A DNA stretch of 64,000 bases, taken from positions 28,458,001-28,522,000 of the forward strand of contig CM060734.1 of the NCBI GenBank assembly GCA_030704615.1, written 5' to 3'. The position numbers were made by a program, and so were the translations under genes. This document shows positions 1 through 13,420 of the stretch, in pieces; positions within the stretch are counted from its first letter, which is position 1; each line of letters begins with the position of its first letter. This stretch comes from Takakia lepidozioides (Eukaryota > Plantae > Bryophyta). The notes beneath the pieces are model-generated. The model was not told the DNA's origin. It ran no database searches and saw nothing but the letters and a program-made list of their open reading frames with translations.

Positions 1-1919
1 TGTAGCTCTAGTGCCTCCTTCTATAGGAAATTTCTCTTTATGTTGTTTACCCGAGATGCAGTCACTACATAAAGTTAGTTGATTAACATCTATAGTATTT
101 AACCCCTCACCATTGAGTTAGTTTGCAATTGCTGCATCCTTGCTTGACTTATATGTCCTAATCTATTGTGCCAAAGGTCAGTTTTGTTTGATTCTAACAC
201 AGTTGGCATTGTCGTTATTTGATTGCATTCTATTGCAGTTCCTAGTTTATATAAGTCATTCTCACTCTGACAGCTAGCTATAAGGGTTCCTTTTGAATTT
301 TTAAGGTTGCATCTACCTTCTTTAATAGTCATTTCCCCTCCGCTATGTCTAATTGCTTGACTGAGAACAGATTTTTAATAAGTCCAGGCACATGAAGAAC
401 ATTGGGTACTTCTTTGCGTTGACCATCACATAGCTGTATGGCAGCAGTCCCTTGGCCCAATATTTCGTGCGTTGTATTGTCTCCCAGATAAACAACCGGT
501 CCTTTTGGCCACGGCTTGTATGTCAGAAATGTATGTTTGTCATACGCCATATGTTGTGTGGCTCTTGTGTCCACATATCATGTTGAATCCTTGCATTTGC
601 TTGTGATTAGTGCCGCTACATAAAGTTGGTTACTTTCCACTGCAATATTCCCTTGGTTTATGTTCGGTTTTCTTACAGAAGAAGCACTTCATTTTGAACT
701 TCTTCTTTCCCTGGTTCGAACTTGAGCCAGAATGAAAACCAGATTCATCTTCTTCTCCCTTTCCCCACGAGGATTACTATATTCATTGGTTTTGCTCTTA
801 TAGTCATCCATTGACTTCTTCTTCACATACGCAGGCTTCTTTCCCACATATAATGCCGATTTGGAATCTGTAAGAGGACTTAGATTCTTCATCAAAGTCT
901 CTTCTTGGATCAAATCAGTAATTAAAGATTGAAGATTTAAATTGGGTTGCCTTCCAAGGGAACCTCTCATTAAAGATAATACGGCATCCTCATCTGCTAC
1001 TGGTGAACCAGCAGCGGACAGTTGCTCCAATAATGATCTAAAGATGTGGATGTGTTTGGTGACATTCTCGTGCTCTCCCATCTTAAGGGTTTGCAGCTTG
1101 TCTCTCAAATACATTTTGGTTATAGCGTCTTTAGATTCGTATAATCTCATTAATTCACTCCATGCTCCATGAGCCGATGTACTAGATTGTACGTGGGACA
1201 CTACGCTATTATCCAAACAGTTATTGATTATAGTTAATGAGAGATTATCTCTCTCTTCCCAGTTCACAATACTCCAGCGCCAGTGGCTGGAAGTGCTGCC
1301 TGACCAGCAACAATTTGTGCTGCAGTAGGAGCCACTGGTTTAATCTCTGTTCCTTCGACTAGAGACCATAACTTTTCTGTTTTTAAAAGCAGCGTTACAC
1401 TATGCTCCCATACGTGGAAGTAGGTCCCATCGAATTTGGGAATGTTATTGAGATCACTCTACCGTGAGCTATCCTTCCTTAATTTTAATTGCCTCTACTC
1501 AAGAAACAATTTAATTCCCTCAAGTCTATCTTCCAGGTACTATGAGTTGATGGTCTTCCCGGGCATAATCTACCTATTTCACTAGGTAGGCCTGGAATCA
1601 TTTTATCTTCTAGTTTGACATTCTCCATCACAAGCTCTGATACCATGATAAATCTATTCACATAAGGTACAAGTTAGTAATACATCTACTACTGCTCATC
1701 TTTGCCAGTGAATACAGGATCGATTTATAAGTAGAATGTCACATGGGAGTACTCTCTCATAAAACTCTCGTAGTAATCTTTTCTCTCAGCGTCTCTCTCA
1801 GACTATGATATCTCCAAGTCCTATCTCAATAGATCTCATAATAACCTTTAAGATCTCTGTATCCATTTAGTAAGAGTTTAGTATCCCTAATAACTAACTT
1901 GAGTCATTTATTTCTAACA
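1..1919 (-). mobile_element. Ty1/copia LTR retrotransposon (5' part; continues beyond window start), degenerate
   Basis: Minus-strand gag (NWEERDNLSLTIINNCLDNSVVSHV), protease region (DTRATQHM; VPNVLHVPGLIKNLFSV) and GAG-pre-integrase (DLWHNRLGHIS), with frameshifts. Met-tRNA PBS TGGTATCAGAGC at 1634-1645 abuts an LTR-like TG...CA segment at 1646-1919. Confidence 0.9.
1646..1919 (-). repeat. 5' LTR of copia element 1
   Basis: Reads TGTTAGAAA...TATCA on the minus strand, immediately followed by the PBS. The partner LTR is outside the window. Confidence 0.7.
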
Positions 1920-3818
1920 AAAAAAACATGAAGAAAGTCTAGAAACTTCAACTTGTACTGTCCCTCGTCATCTGTATATGTAGACCCCTTTACCCCATGC
2001 ATCTTAGTGCCCTCGAATGCAGGGTTCCAGAGCCCCTTGGGTGTCACAACTCTATGATAGACTTTCCCATTGTCAGCCTGCGTTCAGTATATTATCCAGG
2101 AGCCACGAGCTCAGTCAATTTCCACATACTTGAACCATTACCTAACAGCGTTTATGTGAAGTTATATGCTAAATTGTAACTTGAGCCATGTTGGAAGGTC
2201 GGAGTCCTGTGAGGATCTCTTACATTTACACTATAATTAAGGGTATTGTGGTATGTAAGAAGATTATGCATAGACTCACTTGAGAATGTCCATACTCAGA
2301 CATGCGCTTGCTGAGAGGCTCGCTCACAATATCTACAAACCATCTGAACACCAGTTCACCTGGCTCAGATCAACTCAAAGTATGCATATGTGATACTTAC
2401 CTCAAGCGCACTGTCAGCAGATCAGAGAACACTTTCTGTTCAGTACCTAAATCTTCAATGTGGGCACAAACTTGGTTATCTATTGACATAAAAATCTCTG
2501 TTGCTGTTGCAGTTCGTATGTAACTGCAAATGTGTTGTTCAATCAGCCTGAAGACTATCTAGACTAAACAATCCTCTCGGCAATGTCTTTAGTGGACCAT
2601 GCACATATCCATTATAGCATCCCCTCAACCTGGAAGGCATTAACTGGGCGATTATGTTTGTTAATGCAAAGTCCCAGATGAGATCTCCATGCATTGCACG
2701 GTGGAGTGATCATGCCTCCAAACTTATCGCCGCTGAGCAAAAGGGTAAGCTACAATCTAGACAGTCTTGTTCGAGTTACAATTATATGCGTGGACAACAG
2801 ACGTACGCGACGACCTTCTCCTACAAACTTGGGATCACGCAACGCACCCTTTGAGGTCGTACACCTCGCGGGATCCCAACACCTCCGGAACCCCCTGTGA
2901 GTTTTGGACGGTCCCATTAAGTTTCGTTTACTGCACGCGCTTCCCTTGATCTTATGAGGTTCATTCCAGCACTGCCGCTATAAGCCTTCATTAGCAGCTG
3001 GAACCAACAGAGCATGTTAAATGGAGAAGAGAGATGAGTATTATAGTAGTCTAGAGAGAGGTCTTGATCCTCGTAGCAAGGGAAGGAAGGCTTATGACAC
3101 ATGTTAGTTACAAAAGGGCTAGAGACTGGTCATCAACGAGGGAAAAGCTGGGAATTGGGAACTACTAGTTTGCAAGCAGGATATATAGATAACCTCATGA
3201 CAAACTGCTGACCAGTGTGATAATATTATGTACAGCCTGAGTGCTAATGCAAGGCACATACAACAACAGGCTATATTGATACGGAAGGTATTGACACTTT
3301 GTCTTCTGGACAACAGTGGGTACTTGGCGATTCCTTGGAAGCTCTCCACAGTGTCTTCAGAATTTCTCGCGGTCGATGCAACATATCAACGATCTCGAGG
3401 CTGACTAAACGGACCCCTCCTCTGGTCAGGGTTGAACATCCATTTCAGTTCTACTTGGTTTATGAACATTTGGGCCTGCAAAGACTGATAAATTCTGCCG
3501 GGGCCACTTAGCAAAGCTGGCTTCCCGTACTCCATCATCGGCGCCAGTATAAGATCCGATTCACTCCAAACCCGTTCGTTTAGAATCGGGTACTCTGCAA
3601 GCTCATCTTGTTAAGATTAGATTGCTTATTACAAGGAATAGGTGCTTTTCGCACCCTACTCGCGGTTGCGATTCTGTCCGAAATGACTGAGCGTTTGACG
3701 GTGTTGCAATAAGCCAGTGTCAAGCTTTGCTTTATAATTTTGGGTGACCACAAACAAAAAAACGTTGCCACATTAGGCCGGTCTCAGGTCATCACTACAA
3801 AGAATTTTTCCGAGAAGC

Positions 3819-6800
3819 GGGATGGAGGCTCGGCCCTGAGATGCATACTAAATTCTGTAAGTTAGCTCGTTGGGTTCTGAAAGAGGATAAAGAGAGGGAG
3901 TCCATACTGCCTCTTCTGGCTCTTCTGGGCATGTGAAGATGCTTTGTGAGGTAGGCAGACTGAAAAAGCCTCTACATTAAACCAAGGAGCATCTCAGCAG
4001 ATTCGGATATGTATGTGGTACGATGCTTTGGATGAGCGAATGATGCACGAAGGGGTGAAGCCGAACCACATCACGACTGTTTGTGTTTGCAATGCGTGTG
4101 CAAGCCTGGGAGCCCTGGAAAAGGGGAAAAAGAGGTCCATGGTGACATCAAAGCTAGAAGTGTACCAGATGTCCACGGCGACATCGTCAGAGCTAGAATT
4201 GTACCAAATGCCATTCTAAACACGGCCCTAGTGGACATGTATGCAAAATGTGGGTGCATCGAGGATGCAAAGGGAGTGTTCGACACTATGGCTGAACGAG
4301 ATGTGGTGTCATGGAGTGCGATGCTTGCAGGGTATGCACAGCAAGGACGTGGGAAGGAGGCTTTGGCGACCTATGAGATGTGGTGACGTGGAGTGCGATG
4401 CTTGCAGGGTATGCACAGTAGGGACGTGGGATGGAGGCTTTGGAGACCTATAAGCAAATGATGGGGGAGGCACATTATGTTTGTGTGCATTCGCAATGTT
4501 TGTGCAAACCTGACAGCCCTGGAGAAGGGCAAAGAGGTGCATGGGGATATCAACAAAGCTGGAATTGTACCAAACGTCATTTTGAACACTGCCCTGGCAG
4601 CTCTGGAAAAGGGGAAAGAGGTCCATGGCGACATCTGGGAGTTGGAATTGTACCAAATGTCATTCTAAACAATACCCTAGTGGACATGTTTGCAAAATGT
4701 GGGTGCATCTAGGATGCAAAGGGAGTGTTCAACACTATGGCTGAACAGGATGTGGCGTCGTGCAAGCCTGGCAGCCCTAGAGAAGGGCAAAGAGGTGCAT
4801 GGGGATATCGTCAAAGCTGGAATTGTACCAAATGTCATTCTAAACACTACCCTGGCAGCTCTGGAAAAGGGGAAAGAGGTCCATGGCGACATCTCAGAGC
4901 AGGAATTGTACAAGATGACATTCTGAACAATACCCTAGTGGACATGTTTGCAAAATGTGGGTGCATCTAGGATGCAAAGGGAGTGTTCAACACTATTGCT
5001 GAACAGGCTGTGGCGTCGTGCAAGCCTGGCAGCCCTAGAGAAGGGCAAAGAGGGAATGGGGATATCGTCAAAGCTGGAATTGTACCAAATGTCATTCTAA
5101 ACACTACCCTGGCAGCTCTAGAAAAGGGGAAAGAGGTCCATGGCGACATCTTCAGAGCTGGTATTGTACCAGATGTCATTCTGAACAATACCCTGGTGGA
5201 CATGTTTGCAAAATGTGGGTGCATCTAGGATGCAAAGGGAGTGTTCGACACTATGGCTGAACCAGATGTGGTGTCGTGGAGTGCGATGCTTGCAGGGTAT
5301 GCATAGCAGGGACGTGGGATGGAGGCTTTGGAGACCTGGGAGCAAATGATGGGGGAAGCACATCATGTTTGTGTGCATTTGCAATGCTTGTGCAAGCCTG
5401 GCAGCCCTAGAGAAGGGCAAAGAGGTGCATGGGGATATCATCAAAGCTGGAATTGTACCAAATGTCATTCTAAACACTGCCCTGGCAGCTCTTGAAAATG
5501 GGAAAGAGGTCCATGGCGACATCTTCAGAGCTGGATTTGTACCAGATGTCATTCGTAACAATACCCTAGGAGACATGTTTGCAAAATGTGGGTGCATCTA
5601 GGATGCAAAGGGAGTGTTCAACACTATGGGTGAACCAGATGTGGTGTCGTGGAGTGCGATGCTTGCAGGGTATGCACAGCAGGGACGTGGGATGGAGGCT
5701 TTGGAGACCTATGAGCGAATGATGGGGGAAGCACATCATGTTTGTGTGCATTTGCAATGCTTTGGCAAGCCTAGCAGCCCTGGAGAAGGGCAAAGAGGTG
5801 CATGGGGATATCATCAAAGTTGGAATTGTACCAATGTCATTCTAAACACTGCCCTGGCAGCCCTGGAAAAGGGGAAAGAGGTCCATGGCGACATCTTCAG
5901 AGCTGGAATTGTACCAGATGTCATTTGGAACAATACCCTAGTGGACATGTTTGCAAAATGTGGGTGCATCTAGGATGCGAAGGGAGTGTTCAACACTATG
6001 GCTGAACAGGATGTGGCGTCGTGCAAGCCTGGCAGCCTAGAGAAGGGCAAAGAGGTGCATGGGGATATCGTCAAAGTTGGAATTGTACCAAATGTCATTC
6101 AAAACACTGCCCTGGCAGCTCTGGAAAAGGGGAAAGTGGTCCATGGCGACATCTTCAGAGCTGGAATTGTACCAGATGCCATTCTGAACAATACCCTGGT
6201 GGACATGTTTGCAAAATGTGGGTGCATCTAGGATGCAAAGGGAGTGTTCAACACTATGGCTGAACAGGATGTGGTGTCGTGGAGTGCGATGCTTGCAGGG
6301 TATGCATAGCAGGGACGTGGGATGGAGGCTTTGGAAACCTATGAGCGAATGATGGGGGAAGCACATCATGGTTGTGTACATTTGCAATGCTTGTGCAAGC
6401 CTGGCAGCCCTGGAGAAGGGCAAAGAGGTGCATGGGGATATCATCAAAGCTGGAATTGTACCAAATGTCATTCTAAACACTGCCCTGGCAGCTCTGGAAA
6501 AGGGGAGAGAAGTGCATGGCAACATCTTCAGAGCTGGAATAGTACCAGATGTCATTCTGAACAATACCCTAGTGAACATGTTTGCAAAATGTGGGTGCAT
6601 CTAGGATGCAAATGGAGTGTTCAACACTATGGCGCCTGAACATGATGTGGCGTCGTGCAAGCCTGGCAGCCCTAGAGAAGGGCAAAGAGGTGCATGGGGA
6701 TATCGTCAAAGTTGGAATTGTACCAAATGTCATTCAAAACATTGCCCTGGCAGCTCTGGAAAAGGGGAAAGTGGTCCATGGCGATATCTTCAGAGCTGGA

Positions 6801-9078
6801 ATTGTACATTCTGAACAATACCCTGGTGGACATGTTTGCAAAATGTGGGTGCATCTAGCTAGGATGCAAAGGGTGTGTTCGACACTATGGCTGAACAGGA
6901 TGTGGTGTCGTGGAGTGCGATGCTTGCAGGGTATGCACAGCAGGGACGTGGGATGGAGGCTTTGGAGACCTATGAGCGAATGATGGGGGAAGCACATCAT
7001 GTTTGTGTGCATTTGCAATGCTTGTGCAAGCCTGGCAGCCCTGGAGAAGGGCAAAGAGGTGCATGGGGATATCATCAAAGCTGGAATTGTACCAAATGTA
7101 ATTCTAAACACTGCCCTGGCAGCTCTTGAAAATGGGAAAGAGGTCCATGGCGACATCTTCAGAGCTGGATTCGTACCAGATGTCATTCGTAACAATACCC
7201 TAGGAGACATGTTTGCAAAATGTGGGTGCATCTAGGATGCAAAGGGAGTGAACCAGATGTGGTGTCGTGGAGTGCGATGCTTGCAGGGTATGCACAGCAG
7301 GGACGTGGGATGGAGGCTTTGGAGACCTATGAGCGAATGATGGGGGAAGCACATCATGTTTGTGTGCATTTGCAATGCTTGTGCAAGCCTGGCAGCCCTG
7401 GAGAAGGGCAAAGAGGTGCATGGGGATATCATCAAAGCTGGAATTGTACCAAATGTCAATCTGAACACTACCCTGGCAGCTCTGGAAAAAGGGAAAGAGG
7501 TACATGGCGACATCTTCAGAGCTGGAATTGTACCAGATGTCATTCTGAACAATACCCTAGTGGACATGTTTGCATAATGTAGGTGCATCTAGGATGCAAA
7601 GGGAGTGTTCGACACTACGGCTGAACGAGATGTGGTGTCGTGGAGTGCGATGCTTGCAGGGTATGCACAGCAAGGACGTGGGATGGAGGCTTTGGAGACC
7701 TATGAGCAAATAATGGGGGAACACATCATGTTTGTGTGCATTTGCAATGCTTGTGCAAGCCTGGCTGCCCTGGAGAAAGGCAAAGAGGTGCATGGGGATA
7801 TCATCAAAGCTGGAATTGTACCAAACGTCAATCTGAACACTGCCCTGGCAGCTCTGGAAAAGGGGAAAGAGGTGCATGGCGACATCTTCAGAGCTGGAAT
7901 TGTGTCATTCTGAACAAGACCATGGTGGACATGTTTGCAAAATGTGGGTGCATCTAGGATGCAAAGGGAGTGTTCAACACTATGGCTGAACGAGATGTGG
8001 TGTCGCGGAGTGCGATGCTTGCAGGGTATGCACAGCAGGGATATGAGATTGAGGCTTTGGAGACCTATGAGCAAATGATGTGCGACGGGGTGAAGCCTGA
8101 CCACATCATGTTTGTGTGCGTTTGCAGTGCGTGTGCAAGCCTGGCAGCCCTGGAAAAGGGCGAAGAGGTGCATGGCGACATCGTCAGAGATGGAATTGTA
8201 ACAGATGTGATCCTGAACATTGCCCTGGTGGACATGTATGCCAAATGTGGGTGCATGGGGGATGCAAAGGGAGTGCTCGACAATATGGGTGAACGAGATG
8301 TGGTGTCGGGGAATGCAATGATCGCAGAATATGCACAGCATGGTTGTCATAGGGAGGTTGTGCAACTATTTGAAGGAATGCAAAAGAACGGCTTGAAGCC
8401 GAGCAATATCACCTTTATATGTGTTCTCTCTGCATGCAACCACGCTGGCCTACTGAATGAAGGAAGACGCTACTTTGATTCCCTGAGTCAAGATCATGGT
8501 GTCATTCCGACAGTAAAGCACTTTGGCTGCATGGTGGACTTTCTTGGACGTGAGGAACAACCGGATGAGGCAGTGGACATGATTAATAAAATGCCCATAA
8601 ATCCAGGTGTTGTGGTGTGGAAGGCCTTGCTTGGTGCCTGCAGAATCCATGGCAATGTGGAGATGGCTGAACGTGCAGCAACATCTATCCTCATGTGGGC
8701 TGAACAGGATGCCGACTTATGTGTTGCTCTCAAACATCTATGCTGCAGCTGGCAGGTGGGATGATACTGCAAAGGTGAGAAGAATGATGAAGGTCAAAGG
8801 GGTTAGAAACGAGCCAGGTCGCTGCTGCATTGAGGTTGGCAACAGGGTGCACACCTTCTTTGTAGATGACAAGTTGCATCCCAGAATTAAGGAAATCCAT
8901 GCTGAGTTGAGAAGATTGGCTGGGAAGATGAAGGAGGCGGGGTATGTGCCTAACATGCGCTTTGTATTGCATGATGTGGGGGAGGAGGAAAATGAATTTT
9001 CTCTTTGCCACCACAGTGAGAAGCTGGCCATTGGTTTTGGCATATCCATGGGAAATGATAGTGGGGTCTACCCAGCAT
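3819..9078 (+). pseudogene. PLS-class PPR-E/DYW pseudogene copy 1 with internally amplified PPR units
   Basis: Repeated DVVSWSAMLAGYAQQG / LEKGKEVHGDI / LVDMFAKCGC motifs with stops and frameshifts. E domain (WKALLGACRIHGN) and PG box (EPGRCCIEV) are present; the DYW domain is truncated after HSEKLAIGFG. Confidence 0.9.
4440..7960 (+). repeat. Tandem array of ~260/~370-bp PPR-derived units
   Basis: About 11 units each carry the same nonsense codon (TGC ATC TAG). Confidence 0.9.
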
Positions 9079-9224
9079 AGGTGGGAAGTCAGCCCATAAT
9101 TGCACTTGACTGAAGGGGTGATATTGGACTGACTTTGGTGACAGTGGATGGAATCAGAGTGCTGTCCTAATTCTGGGTTTGGGTAGTATGGCTGAACGAG
9201 ATGTGGTGTCGTATTTGCTGCATG

Positions 9225-10790
9225 AATTCTAGGCTATCATTGTCAGTTGCTAGCAACAAGGCAAGGATGTATGCATGATTTGTGCAGAGGCATGGATAGC
9301 TGAAGGAGCAGGGATGGAGTGTGGGTTTTGATTCATCCAAGAGGGCCGGATTTCAAGCTTCAGATCACCTATGACTCCATGTGGAAGGATAGCTACAAGA
9401 AACCTGCATGGGTAGATGGTCAACTGGAAGCCGCAGCAGCATCGACACGATTGATAAAATCAGGCACTGCTCATGAAGGCACCTTCTTCAACACGTTTCA
9501 CCCCGTTTTTCCCTCTGATTAGAATCGGCTCTAAATGTTGAATTCTGCAAATTAGCTGGTTGAGTGAACCTTAAATAGTTTGGAGTGACTTTGACATGAT
9601 ACTGCCAATGTGACAACAAGATTAATATCTAGAAACAGGTAACAAAGACGAGGAGAAGCTGTGGAATTAATACTTTTCTGACCCAGTCAAAGATAGGACA
9701 ATCGAGAAAGGTGAATGCCTGTTGGATTACAAAGAGTAGCAGATGCAATTGAGCATAGGAACTAGAGTGATAAGTTGAGTTGGGTGTTTCCTAGAATAGA
9801 TGTAGGCTGTCATTGTCAGCTTATAGCAACAAGGCAAGGATGTATGCATGATTTGTGCAAGGCATGGATAGGTGAAGGAGCAGGGATAGAGTGTGGGTCC
9901 AGATTCATCCAAGAGGGCCGCATTTCAAGCTCCACATTACCTACGATTCATTGTGGAAGGATAGCTACAAGAAACCTACATGGGTACATGGTCAATTGGA
10001 AGCCACAGCAGTAGCGGTGCCACAATTGATAAAATCAGGCACTGCTAATGAGGGCACATTCTTCAACACATTTCATCCTATTTTTTCCTCTTATCAGAAT
10101 CCTTCTTCTTCCATGTTGAATTTTGCAATCCTTGCCTTGCTGCTAGCAGCTGACAATGAGAGCCTACATTTGTTCTAGGAAACACCCAACTCAGCTTATC
10201 ACACTCATTCCTATGCTGAATTGCGTCTGCTATTCTCTGTAATTATACAGGCATTTACCTCGGTTGTCCCACCATTGACTGGGGTCAGAAAAATACTCAT
10301 TCCACTTCTCATCATCTCTGTTACCTGTTTCAGGATACTTTACTGTTGTCACTTTGGCAGTATCATGTCAAAGTCACTCCAAACTATCAAAGGTTCACTC
10401 AACCAGCTAAGTGCAAGGATGGATGCATGATTTGTGCAGACGCATGGATAGCTGAAGGAGCAGGGATAGAGCGTGGGTCCAGATTCATCCAAGAGGGCCG
10501 GATTTCAAGCTCCAGATTACCTATGCTTGTGGAAGGGAAACCTGCATTGGAAGATGGTCAACTGGAAGCCACAGTAGCACCGGCACAATTCATAAAAGCA
10601 GTCACTGCTAATCAAGGCCCTTCTTCAACACACTTCACCATGTTTTCCCCTCTTATCAGAATCGGCCCTAAATTTTCATGTTGAATTCTGCAAGTTAGCT
10701 GGTTGAGTGAACCTTTGATAGTTTGGAGTGACTTTGACATGATACTGCCAAAGTGACAACACAGAAGTATCCAGAATCAGGTTCCAATCT
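9225..10790. repeat. ~570-bp repeat family, tandem copies with an internal inversion (10129-10410)
   Basis: The block GCAAGGATG..TGCATGATTTGTGCA...TTAGCTGGTTGAGTGAACC recurs. 10129-10410 is the reverse complement of the unit segment at ~9552-9840. Confidence 0.85.
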
Positions 10791-13225
10791 TGGTCGTTAC
10801 GGACTCATGGATTTGTGCACTGTATGGGGCAGGTTTGAGGTGTTATCTTAATACATTGTCACGTGCTCTTCTTCATGCATGAGTTCATTTGATTTCGTGC
10901 ATTGATGACATGGTCTGTATATTCTGAAGTCTGAATCACATAGGCAATGACATGATCATCCCCAGTGTGCAGGGATTGTGTTGGTTGCAATGCTGTAGTA
11001 GATCGATCGTAGCATCCGTGTTGCTATTCAGACACAGTAGAAACAATATTGCACATGTATGAACTACAAGTCGCAGCCCCCAAGTCAGTGCAACCAGCAG
11101 GAGTGCCCGGTTCCCAACCCACAGTCGATGTAGTTACTAGTGAGGTAGTGCATTTCAAACCTCCAATTGCATCTGTCACTTCAACATTCCAGTTGTCGAC
11201 TCCACTTGCAAGTAGTGAAGGTAACGACCACGTGCTCTGGCCTCAGGCCAGCACGTGGCGAGACCTGGGAAGCCACGCGTGTTCTTGAATGTAACCGCTA
11301 GTCCGGTCGCTACTACGAGTCCAGCACTCCGAGACGTAGTTCACAACTTCGCAGTCTGACCGTGCAATCGTTGAAACGACTTGCTAGTTATTTTTGAACT
11401 AGTGGTTAGTGCTCGTGTAGTACGAGATCGTAACTATTCAGCAGCGTGAAGCAACGTGGCTACGGCGCGTGTCCTGCCTCCAAGAGAACACGTGGAATTT
11501 TCACACCAAGCCACGCGAATGTATTCCCGGCATGCACACGGTGGGGAAGTCGGAACTATGGTCAAGGTCCAAGATTCAGTCAACGCCATGCATGGCGACG
11601 CCGCCTGGCCACACCTTAAAAATTACCTTGCATTCGGCGTCACGAATGCCAGGCCAGGAACGACTCTGACCACGTAATGCCCGGAACGACTGGGCTGTCC
11701 GATAGTCTTGTCGTCTTGTCCTTTAGGACTCGGAATCGCCCAGTCGATTTTGACTGAAACGACTGGTTTCCAGTCGTTTTCTGAGTCGTTATTTTGGCGA
11801 TTCCTTGTAGTGCTCCCGATCAAGAGAGGTTTTCAGTTGCAGCACTCATATGCCTACGGATCACTATGTCTTTCCTGTGGAATATACAGGTCACCGGTTC
11901 TGCCTTCAAAATAAAAATAAAAAGAGACTCAGGTTCACGATCAACTTTTATTTAGCATGATGTCAATGCAGCCATGATCTAACAAATTAGTTTTCTCGAA
12001 ACTCAGACTGATCCCAATGCGAACTGTTAAAACAGCTGAATGGATTGAACCTGAACCCTGGGATTGTGACCACGTAGCTACAGTACCTGCACCCGAACAT
12101 TCTGTGTGGCAACAGAGCGCGGATATTAAGTCAGAGAATTCCTGCCTAAAGTTCCTAAAGGTGTCGCGCCAACCTATGCTGATCCTAGGGATGAGAATCC
12201 TACTGCTTCTAGACTATGAAGACCAAATGCACAAATTTTTGCACTCCGGAATTTGGCCATAATCAGTAAGAACTAATATAGTAGTACATGATAAACGGAT
12301 TCATGGTTAAAAGCGCGTCACTGTCAGATCAGCGCAATCTGTATGCTTACTAATCTAGATTTTCGGTGATCAAAACAATACATGAACTCACCAAATCTTC
12401 TATCATGCTGCATTGCAAGAGAAGATCATGCGGCTGAAACGAGAGTGGGTAGCTGCGCTGGATAAATGCAGGCACAGTTAATCCTGATCTGATAGGGAAA
12501 ATGCTATAATTATGGCCTTCAGTATGTGAACAACTTTCACATACGTTGGATGAGCTGTTTCGTGGTTGGTCCCCCTGGGCATCCATTGCCCAACTCTTAA
12601 TATAGAGTACTAATGCACCGCAATTCAGTCATTTCGATATACTCCACTGACTCGTGCTCTGCATGCTTTGTCCAGGAGAACAGTGCACTGGCGCAGCTCA
12701 GGGTGGTGTCCAGCTATAAAAGCTCTAGAACTAGTGAACCTGAATATATATCGAGGATCTCAAGGTTTCCTCTCTGTACATCTTTCTGGTGGTCGATGAT
12801 CATACTGTGATTCAAGTTACCATTGGTTTCTTGAACTATCTAGACTTGCAGTGACAACTGGCAGGACCTGAGCGTAAGTATAAAATGGCGTACCATCTAT
12901 GGTTGTCTGTAACGCGAGGCGCTGTGTTGAAGTTTCCGGCATTACATTGTGCGACTCACTAAATACCTACGACAAGCAAATAAGGAAGAGGCTACGACAG
13001 GAAAGGAAGCCCATATGACTTGATCGACATACAGGGCACAGTACCAATTCAGCAGTCTTTAAATCTTGTGCAATTATCAGAAGGAAGAAGGGAGTATGGT
13101 GATGCCATGTACAAGCCAGGAACTTCTATCGATCATGCCGGAGGATATTGAAGTTCACGTGGAGATCTATATTCCAAATACACCATGTGATAATTCTGTG
13201 ATCAAACATGGGAGAGTAACTAGAG

Positions 13226-13420
13226 CTACAAACCTGGTAGGTGTCGGTGTTCAAAGCAGACGACAATACACGTGGAAGCAAGAATGCACAGCGTTACAGC
13301 GGTCACTGCCTTCTCAACAGTCCCGCACACACCGTCGTTTGTAGCCAATGGCGCCAGAGTCTGAAACAGCAGAAATGTGTTGGCAGGTAGTAGCTTGGTG
13401 ATGTTTCCCACCATATTTTG
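13226..13420 (-). pseudogene. DMP (DUF679 membrane protein)-like fragment
   Basis: VGNITKLLPANTFLLFQTLAPLATNDGVC...CIVVCF resembles the DMP consensus LLPTGT..FQ.L.P..TN.G.C...CFTD. The expected TDTY follows out of frame after a 4-nt insertion. Confidence 0.6.

Larger units (their letters stand above)
3793..11812. mobile_element. Putative non-autonomous CACTA (Pack-CACTA-like) element carrying a PPR pseudogene and ~570-bp repeats
   Basis: CACTACAAAGAAT at 3793 and ATTCCTTGTAGTG ending at 11812 match as a TIR at 12/13 positions. ACGACT/AGTCGT subterminal motifs lie at 11300-11800. The 3-bp flanks do not match (CAT vs CTC). Confidence 0.55.

Noticed and set aside
1950-3790. Possible LTR or retroelement remnants
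   Set aside because: No partner LTR, PBS or protein motif could be established.
4700-7960. Recurrent TAG stops as sites for U-to-C editing or readthrough
   Set aside because: This is nuclear DNA, frameshifts co-occur, and the ancestral codon is GAG. One mutation amplified in tandem explains it.
4309-8772. Numerous minus-strand ORFs (MHPHFANMS...)
   Set aside because: Antisense readings of the PPR repeats.
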